DNA of 64,000 nucleotides from an uncultured Peptostreptococcaceae bacterium (GCA_964617505.1 CAZTZB010000001.1:46977-110976), one strand, 5' to 3'. Counted from the stretch's first letter, positions 29,669-39,766 are shown. Numbers and translations are program-made. Notes: a model not told the origin generated them from the sequence alone.

Positions 29669-30760
29669 TCAACCAGCAGTTTTAACAATAATACCTCCGC
29701 CTATCAAATCATCACCTTCGTATAATACAACCGACTGTCCAGGGGTAACGGCCCTTTGCGGTTTCAAAAATTTTATTTCCAAATTTCCATTTTTAAGATT
29801 TTTTATTCTTCCCTCGGCTTCCTTTGCCGTATATCTAGTCTTGATTTTTAAAACTCTATCCTCGGGAATTTTTTCGTATTTAACACTATTGACTTTTTCT
29901 GCTAAAAGTTCGGTTGTAAACAACTCGGAATTATCGGTTAACATAATCATATTACCGTCTAGCACTATATCCTTTACATACATTGGTTTTCCAAGGGATA
30001 AGCCCAATCCTTTTCTTTGTCCAACAGTATAAAAAGGTATTCCTTTGTGCTGTCCGAGAACATTGCCATCAATATCGATGAAATTGCCGGATTCAAATCC
30101 GGCCTTAACATTTCTTTCAATGAAACTGCAATAATCATTGTCCTGTATGAAACATATTTCCTGGCTATCCTTCTTTTTTGCCATGCTTAAGCCTATTTTT
30201 TCGGCATAGTTTCGAACATCTTCTTTATCTTTCATGTTTCCAAGCGGCATTATAAGCCTGGATAGCATGTCTTGTGACAATGTGTAAAACATATAACTTT
30301 GGTCCTTGCTATTATCGGTTTTTTGGATAAAATATCTGTCTTTTGTATCATCTCTGCAAACCTTGACATAGTGTCCGGTTGCCGCATAGTATGCCCCTAG
30401 TTCATCTGCTATTTCAATTAAATACTTGAATTTAATTGTTTTGTTGCATTGCACACATGGATTTGGAGTCCTGCCGGCAAGATATTCGCTTATGAAATAT
30501 TCAACAACTTCCTTTTTAAAAGATTCTTCATAATTTTTTGAAATAAATTTTATATCCAGTTTTTCGCAAACAGCTCGCGCATCTTTTTCATTTTCTTTTG
30601 CAAAGCTCTCAAAACGGCCTCCGTCTATCGATTCCCATAGGTTGAAGTAGACACCCGTCACATCAAAACCTTTTTCTTTCAGCATATATGCTGCTACCGA
30701 GCTATCAACCCCGCCGCTTATTCCTATAACAACCTTTTTCTTGTCCAACATTTTTGTCAT
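29669..30760 (-). CDS. mnmA: tRNA-specific 2-thiouridylase
   Basis: VVIGISGGVDSSVAA PP-loop. Start moved to the ATG at 30760, one nt after the iscU stop; the ATG at 30751 is also possible. Confidence 0.93.
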   Translation of the reverse strand: MTKMLDKKKVVIGISGGVDSSVAAYMLKEKGFDVTGVYFNLWESIDGGRFESFAKENEKDARAVCEKLDIKFISKNYEESFKKEVVEYFISEYLAGRTPNPCVQCNKTIKFKYLIEIADELGAYYAATGHYVKVCRDDTKDRYFIQKTDNSKDQSYMFYTLSQDMLSRLIMPLGNMKDKEDVRNYAEKIGLSMAKKKDSQEICFIQDNDYCSFIERNVKAGFESGNFIDIDGNVLGQHKGIPFYTVGQRKGLGLSLGKPMYVKDIVLDGNMIMLTDNSELFTTELLAEKVNSVKYEKIPEDRVLKIKTRYTAKEAEGRIKNLKNGNLEIKFLKPQRAVTPGQSVVLYEGDDLIGGGIIVKTAG

Positions 30761-30761
30761 C

Positions 30762-31178
30762 TTAATGTTCATGCTCTCTGACTTTAAAATTTTCAAGCCC
30801 TTTGATAGTTATATCGTTCTTTTTAGCGTAATCCATAAGAGCCATTTTTATTGCGTCTTCAGCCAATACCGAGCAATGGATTTTCTTTGGTGGAAGACCG
30901 TCCAATGCTTCAACAACAGCTCTGTTTGTAAAACTTACTACTTCATCAATGGATTTACCCTTTATCAGTTCGGTTGCCATGCTAGATGAAGCTATTGCAG
31001 ATCCACAACCAAAAGTTTTGAATTTTACATCAACTACTATATCGTTTTCAATTTTTAGATATATTTTCATAATGTCACCGCATTGCGGGTTTCCAACTTC
31101 ACCCACTCCATCGGCATTCTCTATTTCGCCCACATTTCTAGGGTTCATGAAATGATCCATTACCTTTTCTGAATACAT
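30762..31178 (-). CDS. iscU: Fe-S cluster assembly scaffold (NifU/IscU type)
   Basis: 138 aa. GNPQCGDIM, FKTFGCGSAIASSS and HCSVLAEDA motifs. Confidence 0.92.
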   Translation of the reverse strand: MYSEKVMDHFMNPRNVGEIENADGVGEVGNPQCGDIMKIYLKIENDIVVDVKFKTFGCGSAIASSSMATELIKGKSIDEVVSFTNRAVVEALDGLPPKKIHCSVLAEDAIKMALMDYAKKNDITIKGLENFKVREHEH

Positions 31179-31201
31179 GTATTTGCTCCTTTCTATATTT
31201 T

Positions 31202-32374
31202 CTAATGAAGTGGAGATATCGCTCTCAGCTTCTCTACTATTGCGACAAGTTTTTCAACCGTATAATCAACATCTTCTTCAGTTGTGAAATCCCCAATTGT
31301 CAATCGAAGGGAACCATGAGCTATTTCGTGCGGCAAGCCTATAGCCATAAGCACATGTGAAGGGTCCAATGAGCCCGATGTACACGCTGAACCGCTTGAA
31401 GCGGCAATTCCATCATTGTCGAGTAGTAGAAGCAAAGACTCTCCCTCTATGAATTCAAAACAAAAGTTAACATTTCCAGGATGTCTTTCAGTAGGATGAC
31501 CATTTAACTTTACATAATCGATTTTATCCGAGATTTGATTTATCATTCGATCCCTTAATACAATCAATCGGCTTCGATGTTCATCAAGTGTTTCATCAGC
31601 AATGGATGCGGCTTTGCCAAATCCCACAATTGCCGCCAAATTTTCAGTACCTGCACGCATGTTTCGTTCTTGCGCGCCACCATGAATAAGTTGATTTATT
31701 CGTGTTCCTCTTTTTATATATAAAGCGCCTATTCCCTTGGGTCCATAAATTTTGTGAGATGACAGCGTCATTAAATCAACCCCCAGATCCTCCACATCCA
31801 TCTTTATGTGTCCGTAGGCCTGAACTGCGTCAGTATGGAAGTAAACACCGTTTTTCTTCGCGATTTTCCCTATTTCTTTTATTGGCTGAATTGTTCCTAT
31901 TTCGTTATTCACATACATTATCGAGATAAGTATGGTTTCTTTTTTTATAGCATTTTCAAGATCTTTTAAATTAATCATTCCATATTCATCCACATCAAGA
32001 TATGTTACTTCAAACCCTCTGCTTTCAAGATACTGGCAGGTATGAAGAATTGCATGGTGTTCGATTTTGCTTGTTATTATATGGTTTCCCTTTTCAATAT
32101 TTGCCTCCGCAATTCCCTTCAGCGCCCAATTGTCCCCCTCAGAACCGCCTGCGCCAAAATATATTTCCTTCGGAGAAGCATTAAGGGTTTTGGCTATTGT
32201 TTCGCGAGATTTGTCGATAACGGCCTTCGCTTCTCTACCAATCCTGTAAATGCTTGAAGCATTTCCAAAATTCTCAGTATAGAACGGCACCATAACTTCA
32301 AATACTTCTTTCTTTACCGGTGTTGTAGCCGAATAATCTAAATACACATTCCTCTTCACGATATCATCCCCCAT
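31202..32374 (-). CDS. iscS: Cysteine desulfurase (NifS/IscS)
   Basis: 390 aa. SSHKIYGPKGIGALY (PLP lysine) and SSGSACTSG (active Cys). Its ATG overlaps the Rrf2 stop as TAATG. Confidence 0.92.
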   Translation of the reverse strand: MGDDIVKRNVYLDYSATTPVKKEVFEVMVPFYTENFGNASSIYRIGREAKAVIDKSRETIAKTLNASPKEIYFGAGGSEGDNWALKGIAEANIEKGNHIITSKIEHHAILHTCQYLESRGFEVTYLDVDEYGMINLKDLENAIKKETILISIMYVNNEIGTIQPIKEIGKIAKKNGVYFHTDAVQAYGHIKMDVEDLGVDLMTLSSHKIYGPKGIGALYIKRGTRINQLIHGGAQERNMRAGTENLAAIVGFGKAASIADETLDEHRSRLIVLRDRMINQISDKIDYVKLNGHPTERHPGNVNFCFEFIEGESLLLLLDNDGIAASSGSACTSGSLDPSHVLMAIGLPHEIAHGSLRLTIGDFTTEEDVDYTVEKLVAIVEKLRAISPLH

Positions 32375-32832
32375 TATTTTAATTTACTTTCAATTTTGCA
32401 ACTTCGGCAATTGTTCATTTCATTGTAATCATTTATCATATCCTGCAATGTTATAGAATCAACCACTTCAGTAATACTATTCTTAATCTTTCTCCATACA
32501 TGTTGTGTTACGCATTGGTCGTTATAAGAATAATTTTCTTCTTCGCCATCCATAACGCAATCGGTTGGTGCCAATGAACCTTCAAGAGCCCTTAAAATAT
32601 CTCCAACAACAGTATCTTCGGGTGATGCAGCAAGCTTATATCCGCCACTTGCCCCTCTTAAGCTTACAACTAAATCCTTTTTTCTCAAGGATGAAAAAAG
32701 CTGCTCCAAATAACTTATCGATATGCTTTGTTCATTGCTTATCTCACTTAGAGGCACAGAACCTTCACCGTATTTCAACGCCAGATAAAACATTGCCCTT
32801 AATCCGTATCTTCCTTTAGTTGAAAGCTTCAA
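32374..32832 (-). CDS. Rrf2 family transcriptional regulator (IscR/CymR-like)
   Basis: 152 aa. MKLSTKGRYGLRAMFYLA wHTH. First gene of the isc-mnmA operon. Confidence 0.85.
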   Translation of the reverse strand: MKLSTKGRYGLRAMFYLALKYGEGSVPLSEISNEQSISISYLEQLFSSLRKKDLVVSLRGASGGYKLAASPEDTVVGDILRALEGSLAPTDCVMDGEEENYSYNDQCVTQHVWRKIKNSITEVVDSITLQDMINDYNEMNNCRSCKIESKLK

Positions 32833-32879
32833 AAAATCATCTCCCTGAAACCCTAGTTTATTGCTCGGGATTCAAGGAG

Positions 32880-32908
32880 AGTATATAATATCCTAGTAAT
32901 TTTGTCAA
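32880..32908 (-). promoter_or_regulatory. Near-consensus promoter for Rrf2-iscS-iscU-mnmA
   Basis: TTGACA (32908-32903) - 17 nt - TATACT (32885-32880). Lies immediately after the rarA stop. Confidence 0.65.
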
Positions 32909-32910
32909 CT

Positions 32911-34164
32911 TTATTTTCTGAGCTTTTTATTGAACTCGTAAAGTTTTGTTTCTTGACCTGACTGTGCTGATTCGTAGTACTTTTTACCCTTTAAATTGTC
33001 CGGCAAATATTGTTGATCTACAAAGTGATTATCGTAGCTATGAGGATATTTATAATCTTCTCCTCTACTTAGCTGCTCTGAACCAGAAAAGTGGCTGTCC
33101 CTTATATGATTGGGTATTTGATCAATCTCTCCTGTAGCAATATCAAGCAATGCTTTATCTATGGCAAGCATAGCCGAGTTTGACTTGGGCATCAGAGAGA
33201 GCAAAATTGTTGCTTCCGATAAGATTATTCTAGCCTCAGGAAGACCTACAAAAAGCGCAGAATCAACGCAAGCCTTTACAATGTTTATGGCATTGGGATA
33301 TGCCAGCCCTATATCCTCTGCAGCAATCACGAGCAGTCTTCTACATATAGGCTTTATATCCTCCGCCTCTATCAGTCTTGCGAGATAATGGACCGATGCG
33401 TCCGGATCACTTCCTCGAATTGATTTTTGGAAAGCACTTATTATATCGTAATATTCATCGCCAGTCCTATCATAACTGAATACTTTTTTTTGCAATATCT
33501 TTTCTACCATGTTTTCATCAAACAGCACTTTCTGTCCGTTTTCAATCAATAGGCCTATTTCAATATAGTTAAGAAATTTTCTGTAGTCACCATTTGCATG
33601 CTGAGCCATCCTAAATAAGGGATTTTCCTGAAAAACAATTTCTTTACCAGATTCAATTTCAATTCGCTCTTTTGAATGCTTAATCCCTTCAACCATATCA
33701 TTAGGGCTTATTGAGCGGAATTCAAAAAGCATTGAACGGCTTAAAAGAGCCTTGTACACATATTGAAATGGGTTTTCTGTCGTACTTGCAATAAGAATAA
33801 TTTTTCCGTTTTCGGTATGTTCTAAAAGAACCTGTTGCTGTTTTCTATTGAAATGCTGAATTTCATCGACATACAATATAACCCCATTCATTGTAAATAG
33901 TGTGTCAAGATCCCCAATTACTTTCTTCAAGTCTCCCACACCCGCATTTGTGGCATTTATCTTGTAAAATTTTCTATCAGTAGACCTTGCAAGCAGATTG
34001 GCAACAGTAGTTTTTCCCGTCCCTGGAGGACCATAAAAGATCATATTCATCAATTGTTTTTTTTTCAGAATGCTATTTATCAATTTCCCATTTCCAATAA
34101 TATGCTTTTGCCCTATAACATCTTCCAATTTTTCAGGTCTTATCCTAACAGCTAGCGGCTCCAT
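32911..34164 (-). CDS. rarA: Replication-associated recombination protein A
   Basis: 417 aa. GPPGTGKTT Walker A, VDEIQHFNRKQQ, MgsA C-domain. Confidence 0.92.
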   Translation of the reverse strand: MEPLAVRIRPEKLEDVIGQKHIIGNGKLINSILKKKQLMNMIFYGPPGTGKTTVANLLARSTDRKFYKINATNAGVGDLKKVIGDLDTLFTMNGVILYVDEIQHFNRKQQQVLLEHTENGKIILIASTTENPFQYVYKALLSRSMLFEFRSISPNDMVEGIKHSKERIEIESGKEIVFQENPLFRMAQHANGDYRKFLNYIEIGLLIENGQKVLFDENMVEKILQKKVFSYDRTGDEYYDIISAFQKSIRGSDPDASVHYLARLIEAEDIKPICRRLLVIAAEDIGLAYPNAINIVKACVDSALFVGLPEARIILSEATILLSLMPKSNSAMLAIDKALLDIATGEIDQIPNHIRDSHFSGSEQLSRGEDYKYPHSYDNHFVDQQYLPDNLKGKKYYESAQSGQETKLYEFNKKLRK

Positions 34165-34217
34165 AAAATCACCCTTTTCCCTTATAATCTTAGATATTCA
34201 ATCTTTTAAACAGAATA

Positions 34218-34240
34218 ACGGGAGGTCTAAGACCTCCCGT
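34218..34240 (-). terminator. Hairpin after glyA
   Basis: Perfect 10-bp GC-rich stem ACGGGAGGTC-TAA-GACCTCCCGT. The downstream U-tract on the minus strand is weak (UAUUCUGUUU). Confidence 0.45.
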
Positions 34241-34299
34241 ATATTATATCCTTTTTACGCTTTTGATGTTGAAAGATATTAAAGATTGATTTATATTTA

Positions 34300-35532
34300 T
34301 TATTCGTATAGAGGGAATTCTTTACAAAGCTTCTTTACATCGTTTTTCAATGATTCGTCGTCAATATCCCCTTCAATAGCGCCTCTTATTATTTCCGCAA
34401 TTTTAGCCATATCCGATTCAATCATGCCTCTTGTTGTTACCGCTGGAGTCCCCACACGAATTCCACTAGTTACAAAAGGACTTTCGGTATCATATGGAAC
34501 AGTATTTTTATTTACGGTTACTCCTATTTCGTCCAGCCTTTTTTCCGCATCCTTGCCTGTTATATTCATATTTCGCAAATCAAGCAGCATCATATGGTTG
34601 TCTGTTCCATCTGAAACAATTCTAAAACCTTTTATCTTCAATTCCTTTGCCAAAGCGTCAGCATTCTTTATTATCTGCTCTTGATATCGCTTGAATTCAT
34701 ATGTAGAAGCTTCTTTGAAGCAAACGGCTTTCGAGGCAATTACATGCATCAACGGTCCGCCTTGAGAACCCGGAAAAATGGCCTTGTCAATTATTTTTGC
34801 ATATTCCGATTTGCAAAGAATGGCTCCTCCCCTTGGTCCTCTTAATGTTTTATGCGTAGTCGTCGTTACAAAATCAGCATAAGGACATGGATTTACATGC
34901 AGTCCTGCAGCAACCAATCCGGCAATATGAGCCATATCAACCATAAGGTAAGCGCCTACCACATCAGCTATCCTTCTAAATTTTTCAAAATCTATTTCCC
35001 TTGAATATGCGCTTGCCCCAGCTACAATCATCTTGGGTTTATTCTCCCTCGCAATCCTTTCAACCTCATCATAGTCTATTCTTTCTGTTTCCTTATCGAC
35101 TCCGTAGCTTATGAATTTATAAAGCTTTCCTGACATATTTACCGGACTTCCATGCGTTAAATGACCTCCATGCGTAAGCGACATGCCCATTACGACGTCT
35201 CCCGGCTTCAATACAGACTGATATACTGCAAAATTTGCACTTGACCCACAATGAGGCTGTACATTAGCATGTTCCGCACCAAAAAGCTTTTTCAACCGGT
35301 CAATGGCCAATTCTTCAGCTACATCAATTTCTTCGCATCCTCCATAGTACCTTTTCCTTGGATAACCTTCAGCATACTTATTTGTTAGAGTACTTCCCAT
35401 CGTTTCCATAACAGCCATTGAAACAAAATTCTCCGATGCAATCAATTCTATTCCGTTCCTTTGTCTATACAATTCCTTATCCAATACATCCATTATTTCC
35501 GGATCTGCTTTGCTAAGATATTCGTATTTCAT
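34300..35532 (-). CDS. glyA: Serine hydroxymethyltransferase
   Basis: Start at [13 protein letters not shown] (AAGGGG upstream). [17 protein letters not shown] motif. Confidence 0.97.
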   Translation of the reverse strand: MKYEYLSKADPEIMDVLDKELYRQRNGIELIASENFVSMAVMETMGSTLTNKYAEGYPRKRYYGGCEEIDVAEELAIDRLKKLFGAEHANVQPHCGSSANFAVYQSVLKPGDVVMGMSLTHGGHLTHGSPVNMSGKLYKFISYGVDKETERIDYDEVERIARENKPKMIVAGASAYSREIDFEKFRRIADVVGAYLMVDMAHIAGLVAAGLHVNPCPYADFVTTTTHKTLRGPRGGAILCKSEYAKIIDKAIFPGSQGGPLMHVIASKAVCFKEASTYEFKRYQEQIIKNADALAKELKIKGFRIVSDGTDNHMMLLDLRNMNITGKDAEKRLDEIGVTVNKNTVPYDTESPFVTSGIRVGTPAVTTRGMIESDMAKIAEIIRGAIEGDIDDESLKNDVKKLCKEFPLYE

Positions 35533-35536
35533 ACAG

Positions 35537-35965
35537 TCACCCCTTCTCAATAATTTTAGTCACAACAGGAAGATATTTCTTTGATTTTATAAACTTGCCA
35601 TTTTTAGTTCTGATTATTGCAAAAGTTGCAGTCAATGAAAGCAACACTACTGCCCCTAAAATCAATTCATGGTTCCCTATACTAATTCTTTCCAATATGA
35701 AATTTACTATAAATACACTCAAAAGCATGGTAACGAGTGGAAATCCATAAAGTATGGCAGCCGCGCCGAGAAGATTCCCCTCTTCCATACTTATTTCCAC
35801 ATGGTCTCCTTCCTTTGCATTTAATTCATTGTATACATCTGAATATACGCTCCCGTCATCATCACCAATCTTACATGCCTTGCAATTTCCGCACGCTGAA
35901 TGACGCATCAATTTTACCTGAGCCATTTTTCCTTTAATACTTACCACTTCTCCTACTCTATACAT
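35537..35965 (-). CDS. RseC/MucC family membrane protein
   Basis: 142 aa. N-terminal [28 protein letters not shown] followed by two hydrophobic helices. Family assignment is by pattern only. Confidence 0.65.
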   Translation of the reverse strand: MYRVGEVVSIKGKMAQVKLMRHSACGNCKACKIGDDDGSVYSDVYNELNAKEGDHVEISMEEGNLLGAAAILYGFPLVTMLLSVFIVNFILERISIGNHELILGAVVLLSLTATFAIIRTKNGKFIKSKKYLPVVTKIIEKG

Positions 35966-35975
35966 GTTTACGCTC

Positions 35976-36245
35976 CTATTTCAAAAATCCTATCATGGTT
36001 TCGATAAGCTCGTCAATCGTCTGTTCTTTTTCTGCTTCTTCATTTTTGCATTTTGTCATACAATGTTTCAAATGATTTTCAAGTACAATGCCCCCAACCC
36101 TGTTTACTGCTGAACGCACAGCAGAAACCTGTATAAGAATATCGTTGCATCCCCGATCTTCGTCTATCATTCTCTGTATTCCTTTTATCTGTCCTTCAAT
36201 TCTTCTAAGTCTTCTTTGTACAGAATCCTTATCATAATCCGCCAT
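35976..36245 (-). CDS. CsoR/RcnR/FrmR family metal- or electrophile-sensing repressor (DUF156)
   Basis: Start moved to MADYDKD (AGGAGG upstream). RLRRIEGQIKGIQRMIDEDRGCNDIL...ENHLKHC gives an x-C-H-C type fingerprint (Cys, then HxxxC). Confidence 0.75.
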   Translation of the reverse strand: MADYDKDSVQRRLRRIEGQIKGIQRMIDEDRGCNDILIQVSAVRSAVNRVGGIVLENHLKHCMTKCKNEEAEKEQTIDELIETMIGFLK

Positions 36246-36367
36246 TTCAATCCTCCTTATACCTGTATACGGTATAATTATTATATTACAGACTTTGAAT
36301 ATATTCAACTAAAACAAAAGTTCCAAAAGACGAAAAAAATCGCCAATTCGGAACTCCTGGTATATTA

Positions 36368-38146
36368 TTAATCAAGCTTCAAAGCTATGCTAAGTTCATC
36401 CAATTGCTTTTCATCCGCTTCTGCAGGAGCTTCTGTCATTAAACATGTCGCATTTTGCGTCTTTGGAAAAGCAATTACCTCTCGAATGCTTTCACTAAAT
36501 GTCATAAGCATGACCATCCTGTCCAATCCATAAGCGAGTCCACCGTGCGGCGGAGTACCATATTTAAATGCATTCATAAGGAATCCAAATTTCCTTTCAG
36601 ACTCTTCATCGCTGAAACCCAATGCCTCAAACATTTTTTTCTGCAATTTCGGGTCATGGATTCGTATGCTTCCGCCCCCAAGTTCGACTCCGTTAAGCAC
36701 AATGTCATAGGCCTTAGCCCTTACTTTACCCGGATCCTTCTCAAGCAGCTCGACATCCGCATCTACAGGTGAAGTAAAGGGATGATGCATAGCTACATAT
36801 CTTTCATTTTCCTCATCATATTCAAGCAAGGGAAATTCGGTTACCCATAGGAATACATATTTGTTTTCATCCAATATATCAAGAATCTTGGCTACATGAA
36901 CTCTTAGGCTTCCAAGAGAGTCATAAACAACCTTGGATTCATCTGCAACAATAAGTATTAAATCGTTTTCTTCAAGTTCAAACAATTCACTTATCGCTTT
37001 AATTTCCGTCTCTGTCAAAAATTTTAGAATAGGTGATACTATTTCACCGTTTTCAAGTTTAATCCAAGCAAGACCTTTTGCTCCATAGGTCTTTACATGC
37101 TTTTCAAGTTTTGAAATGCCTTTCTTGCTAAACTTGTCGGCATATCCCTTAACATTTATTCCTTTTACGACTCCACCCTTGTCAATAACAGTTTTAAACA
37201 CCTTGAATTCCGTTCCTGAAAGAAGCTTGTTCAAGCCCTTAAGCTCAAACCCGAATCGGAGGTCAGGCTTGTCCGAACCATATCTCTCCATGGCCTCTCT
37301 ATAAGGGATTCTTTTGAATGGAATATCAACATCCACATTCATTACTTCTTTGAATATGTGACGTATGAGCTTCTCGTTTATACTTATTATATCGTCTTCT
37401 TCTACAAAGGACATCTCTATATCTATTTGAGTAAATTCCGGTTGTCTGTCAGCCCTAAGATCCTCATCCCTGAAGCATCTTGCAATCTGGAAATACCTGT
37501 CCATTCCCGATACCATAAGCAATTGCTTGAAAATTTGCGGAGACTGGGGCAATGCATAAAATTTGCCTGGATTAACCCTGCTCGGCACCAGATAATCCCG
37601 TGCACCCTCAGGTGTTGGTTTCGTAAGCATTGGCGTTTCCACTTCAGTAAATGACTCATTGTTAAGAAAATCTCTTGCAGATTTGGTAACCTTGTTCCTC
37701 ATAATAAGATTCTTCTGCATTTTCGGTTTTCTAAGGTCGAGATATCGATAAATCAATCTAAGACGCTCTCCTGCATCGTCATCGTCATTTATGTGTATTG
37801 GCGGAATCTCAGCCTCGGAAAGTATTTTTATTTCCTCTGCATATATTTCTATATCACCAGTATCCATTTTTGTGTTTATTGATTCCCTTATATGAACGGT
37901 ACCTAACACGGCAATTACGAATTCTCCTCTTATTTTACCGGCTTTCTCAAAGGCTTCTTTAGAAACGTCCTCATCAAAAATAATCTGCGATATTCCTGTT
38001 ACATCTCTTATGTCAACAAATATTAAGGAACCCAAATTTCTTCTTTTTTGAACCCAACCCATTAGGGTTACTCGCTCGCCATGATTTTCCTTACGCAATG
38101 AGCCACACATATGTGTTCTTTTCAAGCCTTTTAAAAGTTCAGCCAT
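36368..38146 (-). CDS. aspS: Aspartyl-tRNA synthetase
   Basis: Start at MAELLKGLKRTHMCG. Class II motifs (FRDEDLRADRQPEFTQID, GGGSIRIH, GLDRMVM). Confidence 0.96.
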   Translation of the reverse strand: MAELLKGLKRTHMCGSLRKENHGERVTLMGWVQKRRNLGSLIFVDIRDVTGISQIIFDEDVSKEAFEKAGKIRGEFVIAVLGTVHIRESINTKMDTGDIEIYAEEIKILSEAEIPPIHINDDDDAGERLRLIYRYLDLRKPKMQKNLIMRNKVTKSARDFLNNESFTEVETPMLTKPTPEGARDYLVPSRVNPGKFYALPQSPQIFKQLLMVSGMDRYFQIARCFRDEDLRADRQPEFTQIDIEMSFVEEDDIISINEKLIRHIFKEVMNVDVDIPFKRIPYREAMERYGSDKPDLRFGFELKGLNKLLSGTEFKVFKTVIDKGGVVKGINVKGYADKFSKKGISKLEKHVKTYGAKGLAWIKLENGEIVSPILKFLTETEIKAISELFELEENDLILIVADESKVVYDSLGSLRVHVAKILDILDENKYVFLWVTEFPLLEYDEENERYVAMHHPFTSPVDADVELLEKDPGKVRAKAYDIVLNGVELGGGSIRIHDPKLQKKMFEALGFSDEESERKFGFLMNAFKYGTPPHGGLAYGLDRMVMLMTFSESIREVIAFPKTQNATCLMTEAPAEADEKQLDELSIALKLD

Positions 38147-38150
38147 ATCC

Positions 38151-39422
38151 TTACATCCCCTCACTCAATTTATTCGCAATTTCTTCCGAAGTATTGTTTA
38201 TGGATATTTCGCTCTGCTCTCCTGTTTTCATGTTTTTGAGAATAGCATCGCCTTTTTCCAATTCGTTGTCTCCTATTACCAATGTATATGAAGCATCCTT
38301 CTTGTCTGAATATTTGAATTGAGCCTTCAGACTTCTCTTAAGATGATCGAAATCCGCTTTATAACCCAATGTCCTTAATACTGCTACAATCTCAATCGCC
38401 TTTTCCAAAGCGCTTGGTCCCATTGCCGCAATGAATATGTCTAGACCTGCCGGCTTTGGAATATCTATGTTATTGCTTTCCAGTGTCAGAATAAGTCTTT
38501 CCACACCCAGCCCAAAACCCACACCCGGTGTCGGCGGACCTCCTATTTCCTCAACCAATCCGTCATATCTTCCGCCGCCGCACACAGTTCCTTGTGCGCC
38601 AATATCACGGCTTATTATTTCAAAAGCCGTTTTAGAATAATAATCAAGCCCTCTTACTATGTTTGAGTCTATGATATACGGAGTTTTCATAATATCCAGA
38701 TTTCTTTTTAATCCCTCGAAATGTTCAGCGCATTCATCGCACAGATAATCAAGTATTGAAGGGGCTCCTTTGCTGATTTCATGACATATGGGGCTTTTGC
38801 AGTCTATTATTCTCACAGGATTTTTTTCATAACGATCATTGCATGTACTGCATAGTTCACTCAATTTGGGCTTATAGTATTCTTTCAATACTTTAATATA
38901 TTCTTTTCTGCATTTAGGACACCCTATGCTGTTTATTCTCAGCTCAAGATTTTTAAGTCCCAGCTCTTTGAAGAATGTCATTCCCAGATGAATTATTTCA
39001 GCATCCGTAGAAGGATCCTTTGCTCCAAAAACTTCTATCCCAAATTGATGAAAAGCCCTCAATCTTCCTGCCTGCGGCCTTTCATACCTATAGCAAGGGG
39101 TGTTGTAATAAACCTTTGTGGGTTGAGCTAGGGCATAAATCTTATTTTCAACGAAAGACCTTACCACGGGTGAGGTTCCTTCAGGTTTTAGTGTAATCTC
39201 TCTATTTCCATTGTCTTTGAAAGTATACATTTCCTTTTGAACGATGTCGGTTCCTTCGCCTACTCCTCTTTTGAAGAGAACTGTATGCTCGAATCCCGGA
39301 GTTCTGATTTCCTCATACCCAAAACGATTACATATGTTTGCAAATTTCCTTTCAACATATTGCCATTTATAGGCATCAACTGGGAGTACATCCTTAGTAC
39401 CCCTGGGTGCTTGTGTCAACAT
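38151..39422 (-). CDS. hisS: Histidyl-tRNA synthetase
   Basis: 423 aa. APRGTKD, YRYERPQAGRLR, GGGRYDGL. Confidence 0.96.
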   Translation of the reverse strand: MLTQAPRGTKDVLPVDAYKWQYVERKFANICNRFGYEEIRTPGFEHTVLFKRGVGEGTDIVQKEMYTFKDNGNREITLKPEGTSPVVRSFVENKIYALAQPTKVYYNTPCYRYERPQAGRLRAFHQFGIEVFGAKDPSTDAEIIHLGMTFFKELGLKNLELRINSIGCPKCRKEYIKVLKEYYKPKLSELCSTCNDRYEKNPVRIIDCKSPICHEISKGAPSILDYLCDECAEHFEGLKRNLDIMKTPYIIDSNIVRGLDYYSKTAFEIISRDIGAQGTVCGGGRYDGLVEEIGGPPTPGVGFGLGVERLILTLESNNIDIPKPAGLDIFIAAMGPSALEKAIEIVAVLRTLGYKADFDHLKRSLKAQFKYSDKKDASYTLVIGDNELEKGDAILKNMKTGEQSEISINNTSEEIANKLSEGM

Positions 39423-39488
39423 ATTAATTCCTCCCTACTGTCATTTTAACATTTAATAATTATATCATAAATGAAATACATTGACATA

Positions 39489-39522
39489 CAAAATAAAAAG
39501 AGTATGGCATTGCCACACTCTT
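39489..39522 (-). terminator. Rho-independent terminator of the micro-gene
   Basis: Minus RNA AAGAGUGUGG-CAAUG-CCAUACUCUU (one G-U pair) followed by UUUAUUUU. Starts at the ORF stop. Confidence 0.7.
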
Positions 39523-39655
39523 AGGTTCTTTCATCGAATTTTGTTAGTATTATTTGAAGCGCTTCTTTCAAATATTGTTTTTCACGATCACTAAGTCTTT
39601 CATATAAAACCTCTACGCTCTTTATCTGATTCTCAAAGTCCAAGTCCAAATCCAC
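39521..39655 (-). CDS. Candidate 44-aa small protein (MDLDLDFENQIKSVEVLYERLSDREKQYLKEALQIILTKFDERT)
   Basis: GTG at 39655 lies 7 nt after GGAGG (39667-39663). The ORF-track version (39521-39736) uses a TTG with no SD directly after an in-frame stop, and it contains a consensus promoter inside its 5' part. Function unknown. Confidence 0.4.
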   Translation of the reverse strand: MDLDLDFENQIKSVEVLYERLSDREKQYLKEALQIILTKFDERT

Positions 39656-39688
39656 ATATATCCCTCCCCAATTGTTATATATGCTATT

Positions 39689-39717
39689 ATTATATACTAA
39701 ATAGTTAAAGATTTCAA
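39689..39717 (-). promoter_or_regulatory. Consensus-like promoter for the micro-gene
   Basis: TTGAAA (39717-39712) - 17 nt - TATAAT (39694-39689). Confidence 0.55.
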
Positions 39718-39740
39718 TATTTTCTGAATTTTGCAACTAA

Positions 39741-39766
39741 TAAAAAATCCAACTAATGTTGGATTT
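39741..39766 (-). terminator. Terminator of tRNA-Leu(GAG)
   Basis: Minus RNA AAUCCAAC-AUUA-GUUGGAUU followed by UUUUAUUA. About 10 nt after the tRNA 3' end. Confidence 0.7.
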
